Shown: piece after piece, positions 8,471 through 17,603 of the stretch
Layout of the letters: each line of letters opens with the position of its first letter
Numbering within the stretch: position 1 is the stretch's first letter
Virus record (IMG/VR): IMGVR_UViG_3300048576_000587
Length of the DNA: 64,000 nucleotides
Reading direction: 5' to 3' (one strand)
Source of the DNA: an uncultured virus (IMG/VR IMGVR_UViG_3300048576_000587)
Lineage: Duplodnaviria; Heunggongvirae; Uroviricota; Caudoviricetes
The notes under the pieces: generated by a model
What the model saw: only the letters and a program-made list of their open reading frames with translations
Database searches by the model: none
Told to the model about the DNA's origin: nothing
Position numbers and translations under genes: made by a program

Positions 8471-10313
8471 TTTACTTGAGGGCCTTAATGATGATCAACG
8501 GGCGGCGGTAACATCTACCGCCCCCGTAATTCTATGTCTGGCCGGGGCTGGTACCGGAAAAACAAAAACGCTCACCCACCGTATCGCCCGGCTCTACCAG
8601 GACGGTGTGCAGCCGGAGAATATTTTGGCTTTGACGTTTACACGGCTCGCTGGAATGGAAATGAAAGACAGATTAATCCGGCTCATCGGAGAGCCCGGGC
8701 GGAAAGTTTTCATGAACACGTTTCATGCGTTTGCCGTCAGCGTATTACGTGACTACGGCCACCTGATCGGGATTGAGCCAAACTTCTCCATTTACGACCA
8801 AGAGGACCGGGAATCAATTTTGGAGCAGATTATCAGGGACTTCGGCGAGCGAACGAAGCTCAAAAAAGTTTTAGAACGGTTCGAATGTTCGGAAGATATT
8901 GATGTGGCCGAAACGTACACCTGTTTTCCGGAAGAGTGCAAAGTCCTGAAGGAATATGGATATAGATTGCGGCAAAACAACGCCGTAGACCTTGACCGGC
9001 TCATTGATTTAGTTAATAAACTTTGGACTGACAACCTCGATGTTTTAGAAAACTTTCAATATAAATATCGATTCGTGTTTGTGGATGAATTTCAGGATAC
9101 CAATAATGAGCAGATGCGACTGTTGGAGTTATTGCATCCGGAGAATATTTTTTTCGTGGGCGACGATTATCAGGCTATCTATGGATGGCGTGGTGCAAAA
9201 GTGGAATTTCTTATCGATTTACCGAAGTATCGGCCAGACTGTGAGATTATTAAGTTAGAAGAAAACTACCGTTCCACCCGGCCGATCGTCACCGCCGCCA
9301 ATAATGTAATCGCTCACAATACCCGGCAAACTAAAAAAGAGCTTCGCGCCCAGCGGGATGGTCGAAAAGTTGAAATTTTTGATTACCCGGACCCGACCGC
9401 CGAGGCCGGGTGCATTGCCGGGTTGGTGAAGCAAATAAAGATCATAGGGAATATTCCTCTTTGTGCAGTGGCTGTTTTGGCAAGGACAAACGCGCAGATT
9501 GATTTAGTCAAGTCCATTTTTGACATGAATGGATTGGCGGCGCAAGTGGTATCCAATTCGGATGACGTGTTTAAAAGGCCGGACATAAGAGCGTTAATGT
9601 CGTGGCTTTATGTGGTGTCTAATACACAGGATGACGTAAATCTTAAAAAAGCGTTGATGTTTCCCAAACAATACGTAACACCTATGGAATTGGATCGAAT
9701 TGTACTTGCCGCATTAGATGACGGCTTGAGTTTATTTGAGACGGTTAGTATGTATCGGTCATACGATGGGGCAAAGGAATTCCTTGAGAAGTTTATCGAG
9801 ATTGATTTTGTACCTAAAAAGCAAGCAACTCCATCCTATTATTTTGGACGGCTGATTGAGGTACTGGAGATTGAAGAACATTACTTTTCGGCAGGGAATA
9901 CAAATCGGTGGGACGATGTTAACTGGGTAATTTACGAGATGGAGAAATGGGAGATTACCAGGCAAAACGCCGGAGAAAGTTATGATTTACAGTCATTCTT
10001 GAAATGGCTCCGGTACCGGGACATCCAGGAGAAACTGGTCACCATAAATCAAAACGCTGTCAAGCTCATGACGGTCCACGCCGCCAAAGGCTTGGAATTT
10101 CATACCGTTATCGTGGCAGGTCTAAACGAAGGTAAATTCCCGTCTAAAAAGACCACGGACATGGAGGAGGAGCGCCGCCTCTTTTACGTCGCCGTCACCC
10201 GGGCCAAGGAAAACCTATTTGTCACTTGTCCCCGGGCGGTACTCGATTGGAACGGGAAACTGAAATCGGCAGAACCCAGTCGTTTTATTCAGGAAATGGG
10301 GGTGTTAGTGTAA
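8454..10313 (+). CDS. UvrD/PcrA-family SF1 helicase
   Basis: AGAGTGKT, DEFQD, VGDDYQAIYGWRGA, LEENYRS, MTVHAAKGLEF, EERRLFYVAVTRA. Confidence 0.95.
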   Translation: MKCQFDLLEGLNDDQRAAVTSTAPVILCLAGAGTGKTKTLTHRIARLYQDGVQPENILALTFTRLAGMEMKDRLIRLIGEPGRKVFMNTFHAFAVSVLRDYGHLIGIEPNFSIYDQEDRESILEQIIRDFGERTKLKKVLERFECSEDIDVAETYTCFPEECKVLKEYGYRLRQNNAVDLDRLIDLVNKLWTDNLDVLENFQYKYRFVFVDEFQDTNNEQMRLLELLHPENIFFVGDDYQAIYGWRGAKVEFLIDLPKYRPDCEIIKLEENYRSTRPIVTAANNVIAHNTRQTKKELRAQRDGRKVEIFDYPDPTAEAGCIAGLVKQIKIIGNIPLCAVAVLARTNAQIDLVKSIFDMNGLAAQVVSNSDDVFKRPDIRALMSWLYVVSNTQDDVNLKKALMFPKQYVTPMELDRIVLAALDDGLSLFETVSMYRSYDGAKEFLEKFIEIDFVPKKQATPSYYFGRLIEVLEIEEHYFSAGNTNRWDDVNWVIYEMEKWEITRQNAGESYDLQSFLKWLRYRDIQEKLVTINQNAVKLMTVHAAKGLEFHTVIVAGLNEGKFPSKKTTDMEEERRLFYVAVTRAKENLFVTCPRAVLDWNGKLKSAEPSRFIQEMGVLV

Positions 10314-10314
10314 A

Positions 10315-10653
10315 ATGGTCACTCAATGTACTATCACTGAGTCGCCGAACCCGGGGCATATTTGGCCCCAAATCAAACATGATTTCCATATTCAGTTTTG
10401 GTCATATGTTGCCAAATTACCACGATTGGAACGAAACTGGGACCCTGTTTCGAAAATTTGGATAGTCAATCCGAAATTTTTGTCAAGGGTCGTTTGGGAA
10501 GCGCAACATACCTTTGATATGGTTTTTTTGGTATCAAATGGAGTAGCCAAAGAACTTATTACTTATCCTCATGGAGAGGTGGCGGCCGCCATGGACCAAC
10601 CGGAGGAGCCGCCCCCTCCTCCTCCCTTGGTCGAACAACCAGGATTGTTTTAG
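10315..10653 (+). CDS. Hypothetical protein
   Basis: Co-oriented ORF 1 nt after the helicase stop; RNWDPVSKIW motif and Pro-rich tail. Confidence 0.6.
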   Translation: MVTQCTITESPNPGHIWPQIKHDFHIQFWSYVAKLPRLERNWDPVSKIWIVNPKFLSRVVWEAQHTFDMVFLVSNGVAKELITYPHGEVAAAMDQPEEPPPPPPLVEQPGLF

Positions 10654-10667
10654 GGAGGTGTAATGAT

Positions 10668-10997
10668 ATGGAGGCAAATCAATACATCAAAGAGGCGACA
10701 TACCTGGCCCACCATTTCGCGGATTTAGAACAAGAATATCAGTTCCGAATCCGGGAACTGGAGGCCAGGCTTTCCCGGTTGGAACGGCGTCAGGGGAGAA
10801 AACCTCCTGCCCGGTTTCATCGTCAGAAGGTGAAGGCGGCCACCCCCATCGAGGAGATAGGGCAGAAAATGGCGGACACATACGGTTTATATTCATTGCA
10901 GGATGGCAGTTTTAATTTGGTTGGTAAAGTATCAATAATGACATTCACAAAAGCCAAATTTGAAAGGAGTAAATTGAATGCAGTATCTAATCTTTGA
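10668..10997 (+). CDS. Hypothetical protein
   Basis: GGAGG RBS and coiled-coil N-terminus. Confidence 0.6.
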   Translation: MEANQYIKEATYLAHHFADLEQEYQFRIRELEARLSRLERRQGRKPPARFHRQKVKAATPIEEIGQKMADTYGLYSLQDGSFNLVGKVSIMTFTKAKFERSKLNAVSNL

Positions 10998-11562
10998 CAC
11001 GGAGACGAACGGCCTCCCTAAAAATTGGAGCGCCCCGATCACGGACGTGGACAATTGGCCCAGGCTGGTTCAATTGGCATGGATTCTCTGCGACGATCAG
11101 GGAAATGAAATTAATAAGCAATGCCGGATTGTCAAGCCGGACGGGTTTGAGATTCCGGAAGCCGTTACTTTGGTCCATGGGATTACCACGGAAATTGCGC
11201 TAGAAAAAGGATTGCCGTTATCAGATGTATTGACGGAATTTTGTGCTGATTTACGCAAGGAAACTGATCTAACTCTTGTTGCTCACAATGTGTCATTTGA
11301 TAGGCGAGTATTAGGCGCTGAATTACTCCGAAGTGAGATGCATAATAATTTCAATGTTTTTTTTGATGGGACTCCTAAAATTTGCACCATGAAAAGCTCC
11401 CAAAACTTCTGCAATTTGCCTAAGAAAAAATGGCCTAAGCTGGAAGAATTACACCAAATACTTTTTAATGAACCTTTCGCGGACGCCCACCACGCCGACA
11501 CCGACACGGCCTGTTGTGCCAAGTGTTTTTTCGAACTCCAGCGCCGGAAAATTATCGCTTAG
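10978..11562 (+). CDS. DEDDh 3'-5' exonuclease (DnaQ-like)
   Basis: IFDTETNG, AHNVSFD and HHADTD motifs. Confidence 0.92.
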   Translation: MQYLIFDTETNGLPKNWSAPITDVDNWPRLVQLAWILCDDQGNEINKQCRIVKPDGFEIPEAVTLVHGITTEIALEKGLPLSDVLTEFCADLRKETDLTLVAHNVSFDRRVLGAELLRSEMHNNFNVFFDGTPKICTMKSSQNFCNLPKKKWPKLEELHQILFNEPFADAHHADTDTACCAKCFFELQRRKIIA

Positions 11563-11571
11563 GAGGTCACT

Positions 11572-11772
11572 ATGTTACAAAAGGAAGCGGATGGTCGTAC
11601 TTGCGTGATATGTAATGATTGTGGACATGCTGAAAGATTTGTTGATATTAAGGATTTAAACGAGTTGTTAATACGGTTACGGGATAATAAATGGTTTTCA
11701 CACAAACCGCCCGGGTCACGCTGGAAACATTACTGTCCGGCTTGCCGGTTAAAGAGGGTGTCGGGATGTTGA
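11572..11772 (+). CDS. Small zinc-finger protein
   Basis: CNDC...CPAC; AGGAGG RBS. Confidence 0.7.
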   Translation: MLQKEADGRTCVICNDCGHAERFVDIKDLNELLIRLRDNKWFSHKPPGSRWKHYCPACRLKRVSGC

Positions 11773-11944
11773 CTGTAACGTTAAGAGAGCAATTATTAAA
11801 AGGACTGGTTGAACCGGTGGACAAGCCGCCGCTCAGGACGACAGAATTAATGAGAGCGCCAGTACGGTCAAATGCAATACGACGAAACGGCAGGTACGTG
11901 CAAGGCCAAAGATTTGTAGTTAGATAAGTTATCAGGGGGACCAG

Positions 11945-12919
11945 ATGAACTACTTATCAGAAATTGTAGCGTTTGACGGTTGGAAGGAAGTGAACCCTTT
12001 GCCTGCTACTGCAATCGCATTATGGCATGAACTCATGTCAGCGTGTAATAAGAGTGGGTGGCAAGAGGAATTTACTGTTGCAAACGGCTTGCTACAGTTT
12101 AAAGCAGGGTTAAGTAGGAAAGAGTTTGACCGGGCGCGTGATATTTTAGTTTCCAACAGATTGATTGAGTATAAAAAGTCAAATAGGGTGAATCAAGCCG
12201 GTAGGTATAGGATAAATTCGATTGTTCAAAAAGGACAACAGAAAGGACAACGAGAGGTACAACAGGAGGGGCAACAAAAGGAGCACAGGAGGGACAACGA
12301 AAGGGACATATTATTTAAACCTAAATATAGACTTAAACTTAAATCTAAAACACTTAAAAAAAACATTGTTCCGCCTGACGCCGGAACTCCTCCGGTAGAA
12401 GGTAAAAAATTAATATTTTCTCCTGAACATATGGGAATAGCGGTATATCTGAAAGGATGGATATTAAAAAACAAACCTGATTTTAAAGTTCCTCCCCGGT
12501 TGGATTCGTGGGCCAATACCGTCCGGCTCATGGTTGAAATCGATAAACGTTCTTTAGACCGTATCCGGGCGGTAGTTGATTGGTGCCAAGCTGATGAGTT
12601 TTGGTGTTCCAATATTCTCAGTATGGATAAACTGCGGAAACAGTTTGATAAATTGGAATTTCAAATGGCTAAAAGAAAAATTCCGGCGCAAAAATTAAAA
12701 TCCCTTTTACCAGAACCCGAAATTGCATGGATTGAAGTGAATAAGAAAATTGATCGTTATAATGCCCCGGAATGGAGCTTCCCTGAGATTGGGGAAGCAG
12801 TGAAAGCAGTTGGATATATGACAATACTTGATTCACCAAATAGAAGTATTCAAGCTGGTCAATTCATGCGGATATATGGGGCACTTAAAAAACAAAAGGA
12901 TGGTCAAAATTCCTATTAA
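11945..12919 (+). CDS. Phage replication initiator
   Basis: N-terminal AIALWHELM..CNKSGW..F winged-helix type region, internal DNA repeats, C-terminal FWCSNILSMDKLRKQFD motif. Confidence 0.85.
   Translation: MNYLSEIVAFDGWKEVNPLPATAIALWHELMSACNKSGWQEEFTVANGLLQFKAGLSRKEFDRARDILVSNRLIEYKKSNRVNQAGRYRINSIVQKGQQKGQREVQQEGQQKEHRRDNERDILFKPKYRLKLKSKTLKKNIVPPDAGTPPVEGKKLIFSPEHMGIAVYLKGWILKNKPDFKVPPRLDSWANTVRLMVEIDKRSLDRIRAVVDWCQADEFWCSNILSMDKLRKQFDKLEFQMAKRKIPAQKLKSLLPEPEIAWIEVNKKIDRYNAPEWSFPEIGEAVKAVGYMTILDSPNRSIQAGQFMRIYGALKKQKDGQNSY
12230..12308 (+). repeat. About 12-bp tandem imperfect repeats (candidate origin iterons) inside the initiator gene
   Basis: AAGGACAACAGA / AAGGACAACGAG / AGGTACAACAGG / AGGGGCAACAAA / AGGAGCACAGG / AGGGACAACGAA / AGGGACA, followed by an AT-rich tract. 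Confidence 0.7.
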
Positions 12920-12929
12920 GGGGGTAAAC

Positions 12930-13103
12930 ATGTCTACGCTTCGGAGGGAAGATTTACTTTCCCAATACATGGGGTTCGAACTTGTACTTGCCCGACTTAA
13001 CGGTGAAATCATTGATAGAGTCAACCTGATGAATGATACCAAACGGGAAATGCGGAAAGTTCGGAAACAACTCCGGAAGTTGAGAAAGGAGGAAAGGAGA
13101 TGA
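12930..13103 (+). CDS. Small coiled-coil hypothetical protein
   Basis: AGGGGG RBS and ATG 12930. Confidence 0.55.
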   Translation: MSTLRREDLLSQYMGFELVLARLNGEIIDRVNLMNDTKREMRKVRKQLRKLRKEERR

Positions 13104-13191
13104 TTCATTTAGTCCGCCGCCCCAGTGTGGGGTATGAGGTGGTCCGGATTTGCCCAGGGGGAATTATGCTTAAAAAAATAATGAGAAGGGG

Positions 13192-13791
13192 ATGGTTGTT
13201 TTGGCAAGGCGGCGCGAAAAAGTCACGGATTTAAACAGAGAACCTAAGCTCACTAAGGTTGATGAATATACCTTGCGGATTTTTGAGGAGTTGATTACCC
13301 AGGCCCATGACCATTTGAGTGATGCCAAGATGGAAATTTTGTTTCGGAATGATCCAAAGTGGCAGAAAAAGTTTGAAGTGTCCTGTGTCAAGGGCGTCAT
13401 GCTATTTCTCACCCAGTATAACTTCACGATTATACTTAACCGATACGCTCTGGACGCCATGACCGTAAAAGCAAAGTATGCACTGATTGATTTAGTGCTT
13501 TGTTATTGCGGTGTTCGTGTGAGTGAAAAAGGTGATCGGAATTGGTATAAATGTAAGCCTGATTACGAGGGATTCTTCGGGAATTTTGAACGGTTTGGAG
13601 AATGGACTCAAGCGCACCAAACGCTCCAAAGAATTTCGAACCAGTTAAAACTTTGGCCGAATGGTGGAGCCGTGGTACTGGCCGAAGAAGCGGAAAAAAC
13701 GGTAGTTTTAAAAGACTACTATGAAATGATTGACCAACGGTATCAAAACAAGGAAGCTTTTCCTCAAATGCGGGAAGCGGCCAACGGCTGA
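13192..13791 (+). CDS. Phage putative metallopeptidase-like family protein (HExxH not intact)
   Basis: HDHL..AK....F....W...F.I.L...ALID..L..C...PD.EGF...ER.G pattern; DHEL is replaced by DLVL. Confidence 0.55.
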   Translation: MVVLARRREKVTDLNREPKLTKVDEYTLRIFEELITQAHDHLSDAKMEILFRNDPKWQKKFEVSCVKGVMLFLTQYNFTIILNRYALDAMTVKAKYALIDLVLCYCGVRVSEKGDRNWYKCKPDYEGFFGNFERFGEWTQAHQTLQRISNQLKLWPNGGAVVLAEEAEKTVVLKDYYEMIDQRYQNKEAFPQMREAANG

Positions 13792-13793
13792 CC

Positions 13794-14279
13794 ATGGCGG
13801 TCTATCTTACCGAATCCGATTTGGCGAAGCTGCTCCGGGAGAACCCGGCGCTTCGCCTGAACAAAAAATTTTCGATGACTCCGGTATCTGAAAAAAAGTC
13901 TGGATCCTTTCGAGTTGAATTGCTTCCTACCGAGGAGGAGGAGCAGGAACTCCTGGCTGAAAAGCTTGACGAAATCGGTGTTGACTGGTTTCACCCACCC
14001 AATGGAGGATTCAGAAATATTACCACTGCCAGGCGGCTCCGGAAAATGGGAGTCAAACCAGGAGTGCCGGACATTATCATTATCACTCCCCCACCGGCCT
14101 TCCCGGATCTGAGCGGGACCGTAATCGAACTTAAACGTCAGGATGGTGGTGATGGGGCGTCCGATTATCAAAAAGATTGGCTAGAGCGTTTTGACCGTTA
14201 CAAATGGTATACGGCGGTTTGCCCGGGGTACCATGCGGCGGTGGAAGTTTTGAAACAATGCGGATATGTTAAGGAGTGA
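13794..14279 (+). CDS. VRR-NUC domain nuclease
   Basis: FHPPNGG...GVKPGVPD...IELKR...Q..W. Confidence 0.88.
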   Translation: MAVYLTESDLAKLLRENPALRLNKKFSMTPVSEKKSGSFRVELLPTEEEEQELLAEKLDEIGVDWFHPPNGGFRNITTARRLRKMGVKPGVPDIIIITPPPAFPDLSGTVIELKRQDGGDGASDYQKDWLERFDRYKWYTAVCPGYHAAVEVLKQCGYVKE

Positions 14280-14617
14280 TTCAATTGTCACAACAGTGCT
14301 TATCAGAGAGGAAAGAATTAGAACGGCGTTATTTATATAATCAAGGATTAAGCGATACAGAAATAAGCGTTCAATTGTTTGTTAATCGCTCTACAATAGA
14401 AAGGTGGAGAATAAAGAACAACTTACCTTCTCACGTATTAAAGGGAAATCATTTACCCAAAGAAGAGGAACAAAAACGGATTGATTTATACAATCAAGGG
14501 TTAAATGACTACCAAATATCTAAAATACTAAATTATAATTATGGAATTATCCGTTCATGGAGAAAGAAGCGCGGATTACCGGCAAATCGAAGTACCAGGC
14601 GGCCGTCACAGTCTTGA
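14276..14617 (+). CDS. Tandem-HTH DNA-binding protein
   Basis: Two copies of LYNQGL(S/N)D..IS..L......I..WR....LP. Confidence 0.75.
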   Translation: MIQLSQQCLSERKELERRYLYNQGLSDTEISVQLFVNRSTIERWRIKNNLPSHVLKGNHLPKEEEQKRIDLYNQGLNDYQISKILNYNYGIIRSWRKKRGLPANRSTRRPSQS

Positions 14618-14642
14618 AAATTTGCGGATATTGGAGGTAAAC

Positions 14643-14873
14643 ATGCCAAAGAAAATAATTGAAGTATTTGTCCCGGTGTTTGATTCTATCTTGGATGATG
14701 GTACTGTAATTTGCGAAACATATGAAGCTGCTAAACAAGCACTGACGGAAACATTGTTAGCAGAATGCCCCGGCAGTAATGGTCAAATTGAAAAATTTTT
14801 TGTTTGTGTGGAAGAGGAATCTCCTATATTACTTCCCCCTGGTCATGGGGGATTGCATATTGTGAAATCGTGA
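14643..14873 (+). CDS. Hypothetical protein
   Basis: GGAGGT RBS and ATG 14643. Confidence 0.55.
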   Translation: MPKKIIEVFVPVFDSILDDGTVICETYEAAKQALTETLLAECPGSNGQIEKFFVCVEEESPILLPPGHGGLHIVKS

Positions 14874-14874
14874 G

Positions 14875-15168
14875 GTGATATTAATGCCTAAACCATTTGT
14901 CACTGAGGAGGAACAAAAAACACGCCTTGAGTTTTATCGTCAAGGATTGAGTGACAAGGAAATTAGCAGAAGGCTTAATTTATCAATATCGGCCATTTGG
15001 TATTGGCGCCGTACATTAGGACTCCCTGCTAATTTTGAGTATCATCCTCCAACTAAAAAAGAAAAACCGAAAATTGAATCTACTAATTACTGTGACAAAT
15101 TACCTCCACGTGGAAGGATGCCAGATTCATTGCGTGCAAAATTAGGATTTTTTGAATTAGGAGAATAA
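14875..15168 (+). CDS. HTH protein, paralogue of 14276-14617
   Basis: FYRQGLSDKEISRRLNLSISAIWYWRRTLGLP. Confidence 0.75.
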   Translation: MILMPKPFVTEEEQKTRLEFYRQGLSDKEISRRLNLSISAIWYWRRTLGLPANFEYHPPTKKEKPKIESTNYCDKLPPRGRMPDSLRAKLGFFELGE

Positions 15169-15170
15169 TT

Positions 15171-15620
15171 ATGACGGACTCCCTTGATAAATTGATCACC
15201 AAACTAGCCGACTGGCTTTTGTTCAATCACGGTGAATTGGAACAGGCTATTTTGGCGACTGATTATCAGGGGAATTCGGATTGGGAGCGTGAGTATATCC
15301 GGTACCGGTCCCGGCTGGACTCGGATGTCGAAAGATTTGTAACGAGTCAGGACTATCATTTAAATATCATTTTGGTGGTCAAATCGTCAATTTTCAGTCT
15401 CAACTCGGAGTATTTTGACATGTACGTTTACCGGTACGAAGAGCGGAAATTGGTGGACCAGATCGCCAATTTGATTTCGGTGAATGAGCGGACGGTGCGC
15501 CGGATGGTGGCGGATATTCGGGAGCATACGTGGGCGGATTTAGAGAGCGAGGGGATTGTCTTGGAGAACGTGGCCGGGCTGAGGACAAAGTACAATTATA
15601 TCCCAAGAAAGGAGAAATAA
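15171..15620 (+). CDS. RinA/ArpU-like late transcriptional regulator
   Basis: C-terminal sigma-4-like HTH (YRYEERKLVDQIANLISVNERTVRR); lies at the end of the early region. Confidence 0.65.
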   Translation: MTDSLDKLITKLADWLLFNHGELEQAILATDYQGNSDWEREYIRYRSRLDSDVERFVTSQDYHLNIILVVKSSIFSLNSEYFDMYVYRYEERKLVDQIANLISVNERTVRRMVADIREHTWADLESEGIVLENVAGLRTKYNYIPRKEK

Positions 15621-15621
15621 C

Positions 15622-15849
15622 ATGATAGATTATTCGAAAACTAATCGTGGTGATATTTTAAAAATAACAGGGGAAGGCGCTCCGGGTTATGCTCTAAATG
15701 GAGATTTAGTTCGAGTTGTTAGTGCCCACACAAATTCAGTTATTGTTGAAAATCGTGAAGGGAAACAAGCTGAATTTATATATAATTGTGGAGCGGCTAG
15801 GTTAGAGCCTACAAAATGGAAAAATGATTTTCCCGAGGAGGAACGATAA
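15622..15849 (+). CDS. Small beta-rich hypothetical protein
   Basis: AGGAG RBS, co-oriented. Confidence 0.55.
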   Translation: MIDYSKTNRGDILKITGEGAPGYALNGDLVRVVSAHTNSVIVENREGKQAEFIYNCGAARLEPTKWKNDFPEEER

Positions 15850-15851
15850 CG

Positions 15852-16001
15852 ATGAAGAGTTTCTTTTCGGGAATGTTAGAGTGGATAATTGAGCGGGCAT
15901 ACCGTACGGTTACAATTATCATTTTAGTGAGTGGTGGAATCGGAATTGCGATTGGAATCATAATTGAAAAGATAGTCGAGAAAAAAATACCCTCTATTTA
16001 G
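15852..16001 (+). CDS. 49-aa single-pass membrane protein (below the ORF-track cutoff)
   Basis: GAGGAG RBS; TIIILVSGGIGIAIGIII hydrophobic segment. Confidence 0.5.
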   Translation: MKSFFSGMLEWIIERAYRTVTIIILVSGGIGIAIGIIIEKIVEKKIPSI

Positions 16002-16155
16002 TAGAGGATGGTTCAATCCCGAAGGATTTATAAAGCCGTTCAACAATTTCCTGGTTCAGCGAGGCACCCTTAACGCCTTGCTTTTTTTTTGCTGTCACCT
16101 CATCGAGGAGAATTCCGTATAGGTCGTCAGGTAGTCGCAGTTCAGTCCGGGCCAT
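15994..16155 (-). CDS. 53-aa Arc/ribbon-helix-helix DNA-binding protein (below the ORF-track cutoff)
   Basis: MARTELRLPDDLYGILLDEVTAKKKQGVKGASLNQEIVERLYKSF...; LRLP...SLNQEIVERL is the Arc signature; GGAGGTG RBS. Confidence 0.8.
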   Translation of the reverse strand: MARTELRLPDDLYGILLDEVTAKKKQGVKGASLNQEIVERLYKSFGIEPSSTK

Positions 16156-16246
16156 TTAGTTCACCTCCAAAGAGAGGTTCGACATTATAGTGTCGATTAC
16201 CTTTTTATCTTCAATAAATTAGAATGAAAAACCGGATCGGTTCCGG

Positions 16247-16711
16247 TTAATCTTTTCCAAATTCACGTTCAAACGCTTCTTTAGATGCTTTGTTGGCGGC
16301 TCTAAGTTCTGACGCTGCAATAAGAATCCAAGCGGCTCGGGGTAATTCGTCTGGACGGGAAATCATCATTTTGTCAGCGATTTTTTCGGCATCTTGCATA
16401 ATTTTCCATTCTTCAAAAGCGGCGTGCATTTCGTCTTCAGTATCATAGTTACTGTATGTTGCCATATCATGGGTGTCATAATGGGTTGCGATGATATAAT
16501 GTCCGTCTATTTCAACTATAAAATTATCGTCAGCGTGCTCAACATGGTACTTAGCCCATCCTTGTTCAGGCCATCTTTGGGCATCTTCGTCGCAATGGCG
16601 TGCATTGTCGATAAACTTATCAATATTGCTTTCGCCGGAAAGCCCTGCAAGTTTGGTTATTCCTTTGCTTTTTAATGTTTCTAGTGCGTTAATGAGTGTC
16701 ATTTTCAGCAT
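16247..16711 (-). CDS. Hypothetical moron protein
   Basis: Own promoter, AAGGAG RBS and hairpin terminator (about 16227-16248); opposite strand to the flanking operons. Confidence 0.75.
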   Translation of the reverse strand: MLKMTLINALETLKSKGITKLAGLSGESNIDKFIDNARHCDEDAQRWPEQGWAKYHVEHADDNFIVEIDGHYIIATHYDTHDMATYSNYDTEDEMHAAFEEWKIMQDAEKIADKMMISRPDELPRAAWILIAASELRAANKASKEAFEREFGKD

Positions 16712-16747
16712 CTCCTTTGAATTATTCTTTATCTTAATCCTAAATAC

Positions 16748-16776
16748 ACTATAACATTATAATGTCATAATGTCAA
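16748..16776 (-). promoter_or_regulatory. SigA-type promoter of the moron
   Basis: TTGACA-17 bp-TATAGT on the minus strand. Confidence 0.75.
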
Positions 16777-16796
16777 GTCAGGATTGTTAAAAATCA

Positions 16797-16825
16797 TTGA
16801 AAAAATGTCCGTTTTGGCGTAAAAT
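16797..16825 (+). promoter_or_regulatory. Candidate late-operon promoter
   Basis: TTGAAA-17 bp-TAAAAT, followed by the palindrome AAGGACAGGTGTCCTT (16832-16847). Confidence 0.55.
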
Positions 16826-16977
16826 TAACACAAGGACAGGTGTCCTTAAAAACGGTAGGGTTGAATGCAGTTAATTACACCCAGGGGAGACGGCAGGGAA
16901 ACCTGGAGCACGTCTGGAGCGAATAGCGAAGCAACCCCACTGCTTACCGTGAACTAGCAGGTTCATATTTTACAATT

Positions 16978-17015
16978 AAGCCCGTTCGGCCTGAGAAGCT
17001 GAGCGGGCTTTTTTA
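16978..17015 (+). terminator. Intrinsic terminator directly upstream of terS
   Basis: 13-bp stem AAGCCCGTTCGGC/GCTGAGCGGGCTT plus T tract. Confidence 0.8.
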
Positions 17016-17030
17016 TTTGGTGGTGATAAA

Positions 17031-17573
17031 ATGACGGCACGAAATGAGAAATTTATCGAGCTTTATATCCAGTATGTTGTTCTTGGCCAGGCTCCACCGG
17101 GCAAACGGTGTTCGGCGGCGCAAGCTTACGTGGACGCGGGTTACAAGTCAAAAAACCCGGATGTCGATGCTTCAAAACTTCTAAGTAATCCTAGTATTTC
17201 CATTGAAGTTGAACGTCGTAAGAAAGAAATTTTAGATAAGGAAAAAATCACGACTGAAAAGATTTTGCACGAACTTGCGAACCTTGGTTTTTCCAACATT
17301 CAGGATTATCTTTTATACACCGAACACGGCAAGGTTCGTTTTAAAAAATCCAGGAGTTTGACCCGGGACCAGGCGGCCGCCATCGCGTCAGTGAAAGTCA
17401 ACAAAAAAGACGGCAGTATCGAATTAAAGTTTCACGATAAGGTCGAAGCGCTCGAACTGCTAGGCCGGAATCGCGGGGCGTTCCCGAACAAGGTGGCGAT
17501 CGGCGGCGACCCGGACAACCCTAATTCAATTCCTGTTGTAATTATATCTGGAGAGGACAAACTGGAAGATTAA
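17031..17573 (+). CDS. terS: Terminase small subunit
   Basis: KFIELY...AAQAYVDAGY...ASKLLSNP...DKVEALELLGR. Confidence 0.9.
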   Translation: MTARNEKFIELYIQYVVLGQAPPGKRCSAAQAYVDAGYKSKNPDVDASKLLSNPSISIEVERRKKEILDKEKITTEKILHELANLGFSNIQDYLLYTEHGKVRFKKSRSLTRDQAAAIASVKVNKKDGSIELKFHDKVEALELLGRNRGAFPNKVAIGGDPDNPNSIPVVIISGEDKLED

Positions 17574-17603
17574 AACGACAACGCCTATCAAGGCGGTGAT
17601 TAC

